Positions 9,912 to 19,295 of a stretch of DNA of 64,000 nt are shown here, in pieces. The notes under the pieces are model-generated. The model did not search any database. It saw only the letters and a list, made by a program, of their open reading frames with translations, and was not told where the DNA came from. The stretch spans positions 800,001-864,000 of the forward strand of contig CAVTRC010000001.1 of NCBI GenBank assembly GCA_963737065.1, written 5' to 3'. Position numbers and translations under genes: made by a program. Origin of the DNA: Candidatus Eremiobacteria bacterium (lineage in GTDB: Bacteria > Vulcanimicrobiota > Vulcanimicrobiia > Vulcanimicrobiales > Vulcanimicrobiaceae). Every line of letters starts with the position of its first letter. Within the stretch, counting starts at the first letter, position 1.

Positions 9912-10736
9912 CTATGCGGCTGCCAGCTTCTTCAGCCCGAGAATCTGGCGTGCTTCGTCAGGAGTGGCCACGGCGCGGCCGGCTTCACGAGCAATGCGCG
10001 CGACGCGCGCGACGAGCTCTTCATTCCGAGCGAGCCGGCCCTTACTGTAATATAAGTTATCTTCCAGACCGACGCGAACGTGGCCGCCCATTGCAATGGC
10101 TGCGAGCGCCATGGGCAATTGCTGGCGGCCGATGCCCGCGACCGACCACGTGCATCCGTCGGGCAACTCGTCGACGAGATCGCACAGATTCGTAACCGTC
10201 GCTTCCATTGCGCCGGGAACGCCGAGCACAAAGTCGACGTGTTGTGGAAACGTCAGCAGCCCTTCTTTTGCGAGGCGCCGGGCGTTCGCGAGGTGTCCCT
10301 TGTCGAAGATTTCCAGTTCGGGACGGACATCGTACTCATGCATCTTCGCGAGAATGCCGCGCATGATCGGAAAACTGTTTTCGAAAATATCGTCGCCGAA
10401 GTTGACGCTTCCGCAGGTGAGCGTTGCCATCTCCGGCCGAAGTTGCAAGACCGACGCGCGCTCTTCCGGCGTCATGCCGATCGCGCCGCCGGTGGAGAAT
10501 TGAACGATTAGATCGGATGATCCCCGTATCGCATCATAAGCTTGGCGAAAGCGGGCGATGTCGTGCGTGTTGGTCCCGTCGTCGGTGCGGCAGTGCACGT
10601 GAATGATTGAACCGCCGGCTTCACGCACCGCCTGCGCGGTCTCCGCGAGCTTTGTCGGCGTAAACGGCAAATACGGCGTTTGGTCCGGCGTCACTTCGGC
10701 CCCGACCGGTGCACAAGTAATGATCAGCGGCTCCAT
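9912..10736 (-). CDS. kce: 3-keto-5-aminohexanoate cleavage enzyme (BKACE family)
   Basis: LIITCAPVGAE, IIHVHCR, QFSTGG, GSVNFG, HVRVGLEDN; adjacent to kamB/kamC-like genes. Confidence 0.9.
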   Translation of the reverse strand: MEPLIITCAPVGAEVTPDQTPYLPFTPTKLAETAQAVREAGGSIIHVHCRTDDGTNTHDIARFRQAYDAIRGSSDLIVQFSTGGAIGMTPEERASVLQLRPEMATLTCGSVNFGDDIFENSFPIMRGILAKMHEYDVRPELEIFDKGHLANARRLAKEGLLTFPQHVDFVLGVPGAMEATVTNLCDLVDELPDGCTWSVAGIGRQQLPMALAAIAMGGHVRVGLEDNLYYSKGRLARNEELVARVARIAREAGRAVATPDEARQILGLKKLAAA

Positions 10737-10878
10737 GCGATTGAGGGGTTCCGGCAACGGGCGGTGCGGTCATCCTTTGGAGACGATGATCACCGTGCCC
10801 GCTGCGCCGCCCAGGCCGTCGGACCGAGGCTGTGCGAATCGCAATCGTGCCGAACCTTTCCGCGTGGTTCGTGCACTG

Positions 10879-12477
10879 CTACTCGAGTGCGTTGTAGGCG
10901 TTCGCGATGACATCGTCGCTTAAGCCCAAGAGCGCCGCGAGAGCGATCGCATCGGAACGCGCGGCGGTTTCATCCGTCACTTCTTCTATCGTGTAATCCA
11001 TCGACGCGGCTAGACTTTCAAGTGCCTGATGCAGGTCCGCGGCCACGGGCCGATTCGGAATTCCGCGCAGACCACGAACGGCGAAATGGCGAACGGCCGC
11101 CGCGCCCGCGACGCCGCCGAGATGCGTGGCGCACAACGCGCGTGCTCCGCCAGCCTGAAAATGTTTGAGAACCGCTACGAGCAACGCCTTTCCTTCGCGC
11201 GGCGTCGTCGTGCGCGCAAATTCATCGAGCAGAACAAAGACGGGCCGACGCCCGCGCTCGAGCAGGTCCCGCAACCGGAGCACTTCCCGTGCGAACGTCG
11301 ATAGCAGCCCCCCGCCGTCGTCGTCCGCGCCGACGCCGAGCCATCCGAGTTCCGAGAATAGTCCTACGGTCGCGCGAGACGCCGGAACGGGAACGCCGAA
11401 CGCCGCGCATGTGAGAATAAATCCGCAGGTACGTAAACAGACGCTCTTTCCGCCCATATTCGGTCCGGTCAGCACGGCAACGCCATCGACCGCAATCGAA
11501 ATCGGCGTGAAATCGCGGCCTTGCTTCTCTAGTTCAAGCTCGAGTGGAAGAAAGCGAGCATCGCTAAACTGTACTGCCGGTTCGGCGGCGATCGCAGCAA
11601 CGCGACAGCCGTGCATTCGCGTAAAACGTGCTGCTGCAACGAGCACGTCTACTTCGCCGAATGCATCCGTTGCTGTGCTCAATGCGGCAGCATGTTCGCG
11701 AACCGCCTGTGTCAGTGCGCGGCGAACCGCTTCTTCGGCGGTCGCAGCCGAGGTTGCAAGCGCATCACGGCGTTGGAGTGCCGCCAGTGTGGCTTCGGTC
11801 TCTTCGATTTCACAGAGCAGATACGTTGCCCCCTCCCGCACGACGCGAACGCCGGACGGGAGCGCGCCATCGCAATCGCTCCGCATCACGATAAATTCGT
11901 CGCCTTCGATTTCGCGTCCGAGCGCGTTTGCGATCCCGGCCGTTGCGCGTCCGCGCGCCGCGTCGTACTCCGCCTGTGCTTGCGCGAGCGCCGCGCGCAC
12001 ATGTGCAAGTGCGGGGTCGAACGCGTCGGCAAGATAGAAACCGAACTTTCCCGCCCGCCCGAGTTCGAGACGGCGCGCGGTTTCGCTGACTGCGGGCGAG
12101 GCGAGAGACGGCAAGGCATCGATGCCGGCCGCTAAAGTGTCGAGCCGAACGCACGCGTCGAAGAAGCGTTGGAGTTCCAGCAAGTTCGCGTCGGTCAGTC
12201 CGTCGCCCATTGATGCGCGCGCAATCGCGCTCGACGCATCGGGTACGTTACGGAAGATCTCGCGCATGGCGTCGAGCACTTCCGGGCTCGCGCCGTTTGC
12301 AATCGCCGCGATGCGACATGCGCGCTCTTGCGCGCGGGGCTCTTCGCCGGGCACGAAGGGGACGACGTGTTCGAAAGCGCGGTCGCCGTACGGGCTCGCC
12401 GGCGCAAGCGCGTTGCGCAGCCAGCGAAAATCGAGCGCGCGCGCCGTCACCTCATCGAGCAGTCCGGCAAGTTTCAC
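10879..12477 (-). CDS. kamC: MutS-domain-V ATPase, KamC-like (lysine 5,6-aminomutase reactivase ATPase)
   Basis: GPNMGGKS Walker A, LDEFARTTTPREG, ATH; no mismatch-binding or Smr domain; located between a kamB-like gene and kce. Confidence 0.75.
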   Translation of the reverse strand: MKLAGLLDEVTARALDFRWLRNALAPASPYGDRAFEHVVPFVPGEEPRAQERACRIAAIANGASPEVLDAMREIFRNVPDASSAIARASMGDGLTDANLLELQRFFDACVRLDTLAAGIDALPSLASPAVSETARRLELGRAGKFGFYLADAFDPALAHVRAALAQAQAEYDAARGRATAGIANALGREIEGDEFIVMRSDCDGALPSGVRVVREGATYLLCEIEETEATLAALQRRDALATSAATAEEAVRRALTQAVREHAAALSTATDAFGEVDVLVAAARFTRMHGCRVAAIAAEPAVQFSDARFLPLELELEKQGRDFTPISIAVDGVAVLTGPNMGGKSVCLRTCGFILTCAAFGVPVPASRATVGLFSELGWLGVGADDDGGGLLSTFAREVLRLRDLLERGRRPVFVLLDEFARTTTPREGKALLVAVLKHFQAGGARALCATHLGGVAGAAAVRHFAVRGLRGIPNRPVAADLHQALESLAASMDYTIEEVTDETAARSDAIALAALLGLSDDVIANAYNALE

Positions 12478-13370
12478 GCAGCGTGCTCCGAGGAGTAGAC
12501 GTCGAACGTGGGAACGCCGGTCGCGCTCATAACTTCGTGCGCGAACAGGCGCGGTTCAAACGTCCGATCTCTCCCGATCGACGCGACCGTTACGGCCACG
12601 ACGTGAATCTCGCGCTCGCATCGGACGTGTAGGCGTTCCAGCGCGTGCAATGCAGCACGGCCCGTCAGCGCAATTTGGGTTGGATCCCGCACGACGATCG
12701 CGCGCGTCTCACGCTCGCGTATCAACTGCGCAGCACGTGACGGCGTCAGCGCTCCGTCGATATGCAGCGCGGCTTCCCGTCCGTCGAACCGCCGCACGCT
12801 CAAACGCGCCACGAGAGCGCGCACGTCGTCGGCGGCTTCTTCGACGGTCGGCGACGCGGAAGCACCGCATGCCACGACGACCGCATCCCGGCCGCCCGCG
12901 AGCGCCGCGATCCGGTCGACGGCGCCGTCGACGATCGCATACGGCGCATGGCGCAAAAGCGTCTCGATCGCCTCGCGCAATGCTGATGCGGTCGGCGGCC
13001 CGACCAGCTCGTAATGCGCAGCGGAGCGGACGCGCGCGTAAACGAGGCGCCCGGCCGCGGTTTGTAACGCTGAGAGTTCGAGCATTTCGCTCGCGGGCGA
13101 TACCGGAAGAACGTCGCGCGCCGTTGCAACCGCGGTTCCCGCCCGCAAAAAAAGCCGCGGTTTCGCTTGCGCGTCGCCGATGTCGATCGCTTCACCGTCG
13201 CGACCGATCGACGTTAATCCGGGTGCTATACCGCGTGCAACGGCAGCATGGTAGATCGCACGCATCGTAACGGTCTTGCCGACGTTTTTTCCGGTCCCAA
13301 CGACGACGAGCGACGGCGCTCCGGTTTGGAGCGCCAACCCGAGAATCGCATCACCGACGTCAACATGCAT
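12474..13370 (-). CDS. kamB: KamB-like protein (lysine 5,6-aminomutase reactivase subunit)
   Basis: VVGTGKNVGKTVT, TSIGRDGE, VDGAVDR motifs; 4-bp overlap with kamC; start at 13370 or 13379. Confidence 0.7.
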   Translation of the reverse strand: MHVDVGDAILGLALQTGAPSLVVVGTGKNVGKTVTMRAIYHAAVARGIAPGLTSIGRDGEAIDIGDAQAKPRLFLRAGTAVATARDVLPVSPASEMLELSALQTAAGRLVYARVRSAAHYELVGPPTASALREAIETLLRHAPYAIVDGAVDRIAALAGGRDAVVVACGASASPTVEEAADDVRALVARLSVRRFDGREAALHIDGALTPSRAAQLIRERETRAIVVRDPTQIALTGRAALHALERLHVRCEREIHVVAVTVASIGRDRTFEPRLFAHEVMSATGVPTFDVYSSEHAA

Positions 13371-13460
13371 CGGCGTCAATTTCCGGCGGGGCGCGCGAAC
13401 ACATCTTCCATGCTGCGGATTTGCGGCCGTCTTTGTCCCCGCAATAGCGGGTTGACGCGC

Positions 13461-14030
13461 CTAGCCGATGTGAAACGCCTTGAGCACGATGAACACCGCC
13501 CCGGTAAGCGCGAGCAACACGCCGCCGAGCAACTCAGCAGAATCCTCGATGCGTGAGCCGAGCGTGCGCCCGAGCGTCAGGCCGAGCGTCGTTGCGACAA
13601 TCGAAACGACGCCGATGACAACGAGCGCGACGGCCAACGGCACGCCGATGTATAAGATCGAGAAGCCGATTCCCAGCGAATCCAAGCTGATCGATAGTGA
13701 GGCCACGACGAGTCCCCACCCGCGTGAAAGATCCATGCGCGGGCGGTCACCGAGATCGCGTTTCGCTTCGTACACCATGTACAAGCCGACCAGCAGGAGC
13801 GCAATGAATCCCAAGTAGCCGGCGACGTCACCGATCAGCTTGCCGGTTACAATCCCGAGCGCCGCGCCGAAGCAGTTCATGACGATCTCGGCGCACGCGA
13901 ACGCAATGCCGATGCGCACTTTGATCGCACGTTCGACACCGTGCACGCCGACGCCGACGCTTACCGCAAAGACGTCGAGCGCAAGCGAAAACGCGATGGC
14001 GACGAGCTTGATCGCTCCCGAAAGCGCCAC
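13461..14030 (-). CDS. mntP: Manganese efflux pump MntP family
   Basis: SLALDVFAVSVGVG and SISLDSLGIGFS repeats; about 6 TM helices. Confidence 0.85.
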   Translation of the reverse strand: MALSGAIKLVAIAFSLALDVFAVSVGVGVHGVERAIKVRIGIAFACAEIVMNCFGAALGIVTGKLIGDVAGYLGFIALLLVGLYMVYEAKRDLGDRPRMDLSRGWGLVVASLSISLDSLGIGFSILYIGVPLAVALVVIGVVSIVATTLGLTLGRTLGSRIEDSAELLGGVLLALTGAVFIVLKAFHIG

Positions 14031-14040
14031 GAACGGGCCT

Positions 14041-14454
14041 TTAGAAGGACGAAGCCTTGATCGACTGCGATAGCAGATGCGTTACCGCCGAACGCAACTG
14101 CGAAATCGTAAAGGGCTTATTGAGAAAGAGGTTCGCGCCCGCGTTCTTCGCGCGGCCGTCCATCGCGTAATTCGTGTGACCCGAAATCATCAAGATCGGC
14201 ACGCCGCGCGTACCCTCCTTCGAGCGCAACCGTTCGACGAGATCGATACCCGAGATGCCCGGAAGCATGAAATCGCAGATGATGATATCGAAAGGCCCTT
14301 GGCGATCGACGGCCACGAGCGCGCTCTCGGCGTCGTTGCACATGACCATTTTATAAGGACCTTTTCGTAGCACCGTATCGATTAGCGTACAGATAGCAGG
14401 ATCGTCATCCGCAATCAAAACACGCCAGTTGCGCTGGACCATCTCGTCTGGCAT
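14041..14454 (-). CDS. Single-domain response regulator (receiver)
   Basis: VLIADDD, CDFMLPGISG, ISG, FLNKPF. Confidence 0.92.
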   Translation of the reverse strand: MPDEMVQRNWRVLIADDDPAICTLIDTVLRKGPYKMVMCNDAESALVAVDRQGPFDIIICDFMLPGISGIDLVERLRSKEGTRGVPILMISGHTNYAMDGRAKNAGANLFLNKPFTISQLRSAVTHLLSQSIKASSF

Positions 14455-14510
14455 TCGTTCCTATTTTCTTTCGGCCTCGCACAGGCCGTGAGGCTTTGGT
14501 AAACTTTTCT

Positions 14511-15254
14511 ATGATGGCGCGCCCGGTGCCCGGATTCTTCTTTCCCGTGGCGGCAATTCTCTTGCTCGCCGCCGTCGCCGCGCCGATCGTTGCCGTACTC
14601 GTTAGCCTCTCTCCGGCCGAGGTTGGTCGCGCCTTCAGCGAACCCCAGGCGCTCTCGGCACTGCGTGTATCGTTTGAAGCCTCGCTGTGTGCGACCGGCG
14701 TTGCCGCGATACTCGGTATACCAGCGGGGTATTGGCTTGCGCGCGCGCCGCGTATCTATGCAATCCCGCTGCTCTTTACGCTCGCGCTGCCGCTCGCATT
14801 TCCGCCGGTTGCGTCGGGCATTTTGCTGCTTTCCGCACTGCGCGGCACGGCGATTCCCGATTCACTCGCGGGCGTTGCGGCCGCCGAGTTCTTCGTTTCC
14901 GGCTCGTTTGTCGCTATCTCGTCCGCGGCAGCGTTCGCGGCTGCCGACCCGATCTACGAAGACGCTGCGCGCACACTGGGCGTGAGTGAATGGCGAATTT
15001 TTTGCGCGATCGCGTTGCCCGCCGCAGCAGGAAATGTGTTGGCGGGAATCGCGTTCGCATGGCTTCGCGCAATCGGCGAGTACGGAGCGACAAGCGTGCT
15101 CGCATATCATCCTTCCTCCTTACCCGTCGCGCTCTATGTCGCGCTCTCGGCTTCGGGCGTGCGCGCGGCGCTCGCTCTAACGTATGGCTTTGTCGTCCTT
15201 GCTGCGATCGTTCTTGCGATTGCGTGGATTTTGCGCCGGCGCGTCGTAGAGTAA
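14511..15254 (+). CDS. Molybdate-type ABC transporter permease (ModB-like)
   Basis: LPLAFPPVASG, YEDAARTLG, WLRAIGEYGAT. Confidence 0.8.
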   Translation: MMARPVPGFFFPVAAILLLAAVAAPIVAVLVSLSPAEVGRAFSEPQALSALRVSFEASLCATGVAAILGIPAGYWLARAPRIYAIPLLFTLALPLAFPPVASGILLLSALRGTAIPDSLAGVAAAEFFVSGSFVAISSAAAFAAADPIYEDAARTLGVSEWRIFCAIALPAAAGNVLAGIAFAWLRAIGEYGATSVLAYHPSSLPVALYVALSASGVRAALALTYGFVVLAAIVLAIAWILRRRVVE

Positions 15255-15261
15255 GGACGAT

Positions 15262-16155
15262 ATGGCCATCATCGATCGTTTACTCGCTCCGGACTCCGCC
15301 TTTCAAAAGAACTTCTTCTTTCTCGCCAAGCGTTTCGTGGCCGGCGAAACGATCGATTCTGCGATCCAAGCGGTGCGCAAGCTGAACAGCGAAGGCATGT
15401 CCGCCACGCTGGATTTTCTCGGCGAAGACGTGCTGGAGCGCGACGCCGCAATAAAGACGCGCGACGCGTACATCGACATGCTCGATGCGATCCGCATCAG
15501 CGGCGCAAACACGAACGTATCGGTGAAGTTAACCGCGATGGGATTGCTCGTGAGCGAAGACTTCGCGCTCGAGAATTTGCTGTACATTCTCGATCACGCG
15601 CAGCGCAACGCCGATCCATTCGTGCGGATCGACATGGAAGGGTCGTCGGTAACCGACGTGACGTTACGGGTGTTCGAGCGCGCATTTGCCACGCACAAGA
15701 ATGTCGGCATCGTCCTGCAAGCGTACCTGAAACGCACTGCAGCCGACGTAGAGCGCGCAATCGAACTCGGCGCGCGCGTTCGTCTGTGCAAGGGCGCGTA
15801 CAACGAGCCTCCCGAGATCGCGTACAAAGAAATGCCGGAAATTCGCGCAAACTACGTGAAGCTTGCGCGCGAGCTTTTGACGCGCGGGCACTATCCCGGT
15901 CTCGCGACCCATGACCGGGCTTTGATCGGAGAACTATGCGCCATCGTGAGCGACGAAGACATCGCGCGCGATAGGTTCGAATTTCAAATGCTTTACGGCT
16001 GCCGGCCGCAAGTACAGCGGGATCTCGTGGGCGACGGCTACCGCATGCGTGTGTACATTCCGTTCGGAACGCACTGGGCCGGCTATTTCTACCGGCGCGT
16101 GATGGAACGCCGCGAAAACGCACTCTTCGCGCTCTCGTCGATGTTTTCAAAGTAA
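15262..16155 (+). CDS. Monofunctional proline dehydrogenase
   Basis: RFVAGET, SVKLTAMG, RIDME, LCKGAY, ATHD, EFQMLYG, YFYRR. Confidence 0.95.
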   Translation: MAIIDRLLAPDSAFQKNFFFLAKRFVAGETIDSAIQAVRKLNSEGMSATLDFLGEDVLERDAAIKTRDAYIDMLDAIRISGANTNVSVKLTAMGLLVSEDFALENLLYILDHAQRNADPFVRIDMEGSSVTDVTLRVFERAFATHKNVGIVLQAYLKRTAADVERAIELGARVRLCKGAYNEPPEIAYKEMPEIRANYVKLARELLTRGHYPGLATHDRALIGELCAIVSDEDIARDRFEFQMLYGCRPQVQRDLVGDGYRMRVYIPFGTHWAGYFYRRVMERRENALFALSSMFSK

Positions 16156-16162
16156 GTCGCGA

Positions 16163-16612
16163 ATGCGAGCGGTCGTTCAGCGTGTGACCCGCGCGGAGGT
16201 CCGTGTCGATGAACGGATCACCGGGAAGATCAGCCGGGGTCTTCTGGTACTCGTCGGCGTCGGGGTCGCTGACGACGCCGACGATGCACGCTGGACCGCC
16301 GAGAAGGTCGCGAACCTGCGAATCTTTATCGACGATGCGGGCCTCATGAACCGCAGCGTGCTCGACGTCGGCGGCGCGGTGTTGCTCGTCTCGCAATTCA
16401 CGCTTCATGGCGATGCGCGCAAGGGCCGCCGGCCGTCATTCATCACCGCTGCAAAAGAACCGCTCGCGAGCGAGCTGTACGAACAGACGGGCCGCGAACT
16501 TGAAATGCTTGGCCTCGAAGTCGCCTACGGCGAATTCGGCGCCGACATGCAAGTCGAACTCATCAACGACGGCCCCGTGACGATTCTGCTCGATTCCGAC
16601 CGTGCGTTTTGA
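16163..16612 (+). CDS. dtd: D-aminoacyl-tRNA deacylase
   Basis: MRAVVQRV, SQFTL, NDGPVT. Confidence 0.97.
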   Translation: MRAVVQRVTRAEVRVDERITGKISRGLLVLVGVGVADDADDARWTAEKVANLRIFIDDAGLMNRSVLDVGGAVLLVSQFTLHGDARKGRRPSFITAAKEPLASELYEQTGRELEMLGLEVAYGEFGADMQVELINDGPVTILLDSDRAF

Positions 16613-16616
16613 CGGT

Positions 16617-18102
16617 CTACAACGTCACATCGGCTATGCGTTCGATGCGCACGACGCGATCGGACTCGATGAGCCGTCCTAAGACGTCGAAGCCGCTCAC
16701 GACGCGCCCGAAGACCGTGAAATCGTTGTCGAGATGATACTGCGGCGACAATGTGATGTAGTACTCCGACCCCGCTGAATCAAGTAACGGCGTGTTCGTC
16801 TTGTCGTCATAGTTCAGCCCCATCGAAATGATGTATGCGTTTTGTTCCAGCGGATTCTGTTCCGCACCGATGGAGTAGCCGGGCCCCGGCGCGTTCTTGT
16901 CGTCCTTCTCACCGGTTTGCACGACGAAATCCGGAACGATTCGGAACCACCGGTTGTCGTCGTAGAATCCGCGCGCGGCGAGATTGAGAAAGTTTTCGAC
17001 GGTCAGCGGCGCCCATTCGGGAAACAACGCGACGTAGATGTTGCCCTTCGTCGTGACGATGCGCAGGCGGGGGTGCGCGCCGTGCGCGGGCGACGTCATA
17101 TCGGCCGCAGTCTTCGGCAACAGCTCCGGACCGAGATCCGCCGTCATGGCGTCCGGGATGGCGGCCTTGCCGGTGGCTGCCGCGAACGGAATGGCCGCCT
17201 CGGATGCCAACGAGTCCGGCGCGGGTGACGGCACGTGGATGGACGGCGGTATTGCGGTCCAGCTCGTGTGGAGAGGCTTACGTTGAAGCGCCAGCAGCGA
17301 CTCGGCGGTCTGTTCTTGTACCCGCCACGACGGATCGCGCAGCATCGGTTCGAGATCGGCTGCGGCGCGGCGGTCCGTCAGCTTCCCGTATGCGCGCGCC
17401 GCCTCAATGCGTACCGTTTCATCGTGATCGCGCAGCGCAGCAGCCAGTACCGTACGAGGAACGCGAGCAGCATAGCGACGGAAGATCGTCCACATAACGC
17501 GTTCGCGCACATAGTCGTCGCGTTCGTTGCGCATTGCGCTCGCAAGCGCGGTCGCGCACGATTCCGCCTCCGGCGCGTCGGCAAAGAAATTCAGCGTGAT
17601 CGCTGCCCGCCCCCGAACGATCGCGTCGACATCCGACGCAAGAACGGTGCGTGCCGCGGCCGCTGCACGCGACTGCGTCTCGCCGGCTAGCTTGTGCGCT
17701 GCCTCATATCTTCCGAGCGCGTCGAGAGCCGCGACGCGAACGGCGCCGCTCCGATCGGCCATCGACGTCTTGACCACTGCGCGTTGCGGCGGTTCCCAGC
17801 CCAATCACACCTAGCCCATATATGCTCATCGCACGAACGCTCGTTCGCGCATCGTTCAGGTGTGTGGCGAGCAACGGTGCACCGGCTGGAAGACGCGTTC
17901 TCCCGATCGCTAGAGCGGCTCGGGTCGCTGCCGTCTCGTCTGGTGCATTCAAAAGTGCAGCGAGTCGCCCATCGCCCAGACTTCTTGCCTGCTCGAATTG
18001 CAGCGTCGTTCGCGGAGTCGTCATCGTTGCAGCGCCAATGAAAACCGAGCAAGAGACGGCTGTAATACAAAAACGAGCGCGTAAAAAATCCGGCAATCGC
18101 AC
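16617..18102 (-). pseudogene. HEAT-repeat, cyclophilin-type peptidylprolyl isomerase split by one frameshift near 17785 (true pseudogene or sequence error)
   Basis: N-terminal signal and HEAT part (RAALAIGR, VRAMSIYGLG) in one frame; HEAT plus cyclophilin part (APLTVENFLNL, FRIVPDFVVQTG, FTVFGRVVSG) in ORF 16617-17804. Confidence 0.75.
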
Positions 18103-18201
18103 GCCTACCCCCAACCATTTGACCCGAACTTGCGTTCTAGTATATGCAGAATGATCGCTGTCCTCCCCGGACAGCGCGAGAAGATAAGAGAGAAAAGCAT
18201 A

Positions 18202-18543
18202 ATGTCGACCCCAGAAATCCACAAAAAGACGACCGGTATGTCCGTTCGGGAAGCAGGCCAGAAAGGCGGCGAGACGGTCAAGAAAAAGTACGGTCCGGAG
18301 TTCTACGAGCAAATCGGGCGCAAAGGCGGGCTCGCGACAAAGCAAGCTCACGGTCACGAATTCTACGAGCAAATCGGTAAGAAAGGTGGCAAGAAAGGTG
18401 GCGAAGCCACGCGCGATCGCTACGGTCCTGACTTCTACGAACGCATCGGACAAAAAGGTGGCCAGAAAGTCAAACAACTCATCGAAGAGGGCAAACGCGC
18501 TGCCGCGGCCGCGAACCCGGAAGCAGAAAAGCGCGCGAGCTAG
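18202..18543 (+). CDS. KGG-repeat general stress protein (GsiB/Em-like)
   Basis: MSVREAGQKGG, then three FYE(Q/R)IG(R/K/Q)KGG repeats. Confidence 0.9.
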   Translation: MSTPEIHKKTTGMSVREAGQKGGETVKKKYGPEFYEQIGRKGGLATKQAHGHEFYEQIGKKGGKKGGEATRDRYGPDFYERIGQKGGQKVKQLIEEGKRAAAAANPEAEKRAS

Positions 18544-18553
18544 TTTCGCAGCT

Positions 18554-19285
18554 GTGAGTGCGGCGGGCATCATGCTCGCCGCCCTTTCTCAATTCAATGC
18601 GCCCGCAACGGCGTTTCCTGTCGCAACGGCGAAGCCGAGCGGATCACCCACCGCCTCACCAACGGCGCCGCCGAACGTCTTACCGCTCAATTCGCGGTTG
18701 ACGTTCGTACTGGACGGCACGATATCGTCGGCAAGCTCTAAGACCGACGAAATGGTCAACGCGCATTTGAAAAACGCGGTTACGGTCGGTTCGCGCACGA
18801 TCGCCAACGCCGGCACACCGGTGCAAATTCGTATTCTGGATGCCAAGCCGGCGGAAAATCCCGATATCTATGGCTTCGTCGATATCTTTTTCGAACCGCT
18901 GCGCTTGAACGACGGTCGTACGATTGCGCTGCGTCCTCCAAGCTCTCATCTCAACGTGAACTCCAGCGCCGGACACGAATCGACGGTCGCCGTTGAGAAT
19001 ACGATCGGCGACATCTTCGCACCAACGATGCTTCTACACATCTTTCGCAAGGGACGCAACTTCGTGTTGCAGCCGGGAGCGGAAGTTCACGCGTTGACGG
19101 AGGCGGCCGTCGAAGCGATGCCAAACGGAACCATTGCGATCATGACGCCGGCGCCGATCGTGGTCGAGGAGGCGACGCCGCATTCCTCATTCCGTACGGT
19201 GCCCCTCGCGACGCCAAACCCAAGCTTCCGGCCTGAAATGACAACGCCGACGCTCGGTCCCGGAACGCCAACGCCTCGTCCGTAA
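18554..19285 (+). CDS. Hypothetical exported protein with Pro/Thr-rich termini
   Basis: Signal-like N-terminus; LTFVLDGTISSASSK beta-rich domain; start uncertain (GTG 18554 or ATG 18572). Confidence 0.7.
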   Translation: MSAAGIMLAALSQFNAPATAFPVATAKPSGSPTASPTAPPNVLPLNSRLTFVLDGTISSASSKTDEMVNAHLKNAVTVGSRTIANAGTPVQIRILDAKPAENPDIYGFVDIFFEPLRLNDGRTIALRPPSSHLNVNSSAGHESTVAVENTIGDIFAPTMLLHIFRKGRNFVLQPGAEVHALTEAAVEAMPNGTIAIMTPAPIVVEEATPHSSFRTVPLATPNPSFRPEMTTPTLGPGTPTPRP

Positions 19286-19295
19286 GGAGGTCCGT

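Noticed and set aside
10800..10878. ZTP (pfl) or lysine riboswitch upstream of kce
   Set aside because: CCGACGGCCTGGGCG resembles the ZTP 3' end, but the 5' GACUG element is absent; lysine and cobalamin riboswitch cores are not seen
10879..12477. Mismatch-repair MutS or MutS2 call
   Set aside because: Too short, with no mismatch-binding or Smr domain; gene context points to KamC
18240..18470. Direct repeats as a possible CRISPR array
   Set aside because: They are in-frame coding repeats of the KGG protein; no repeat-spacer pattern or cas genes in the window
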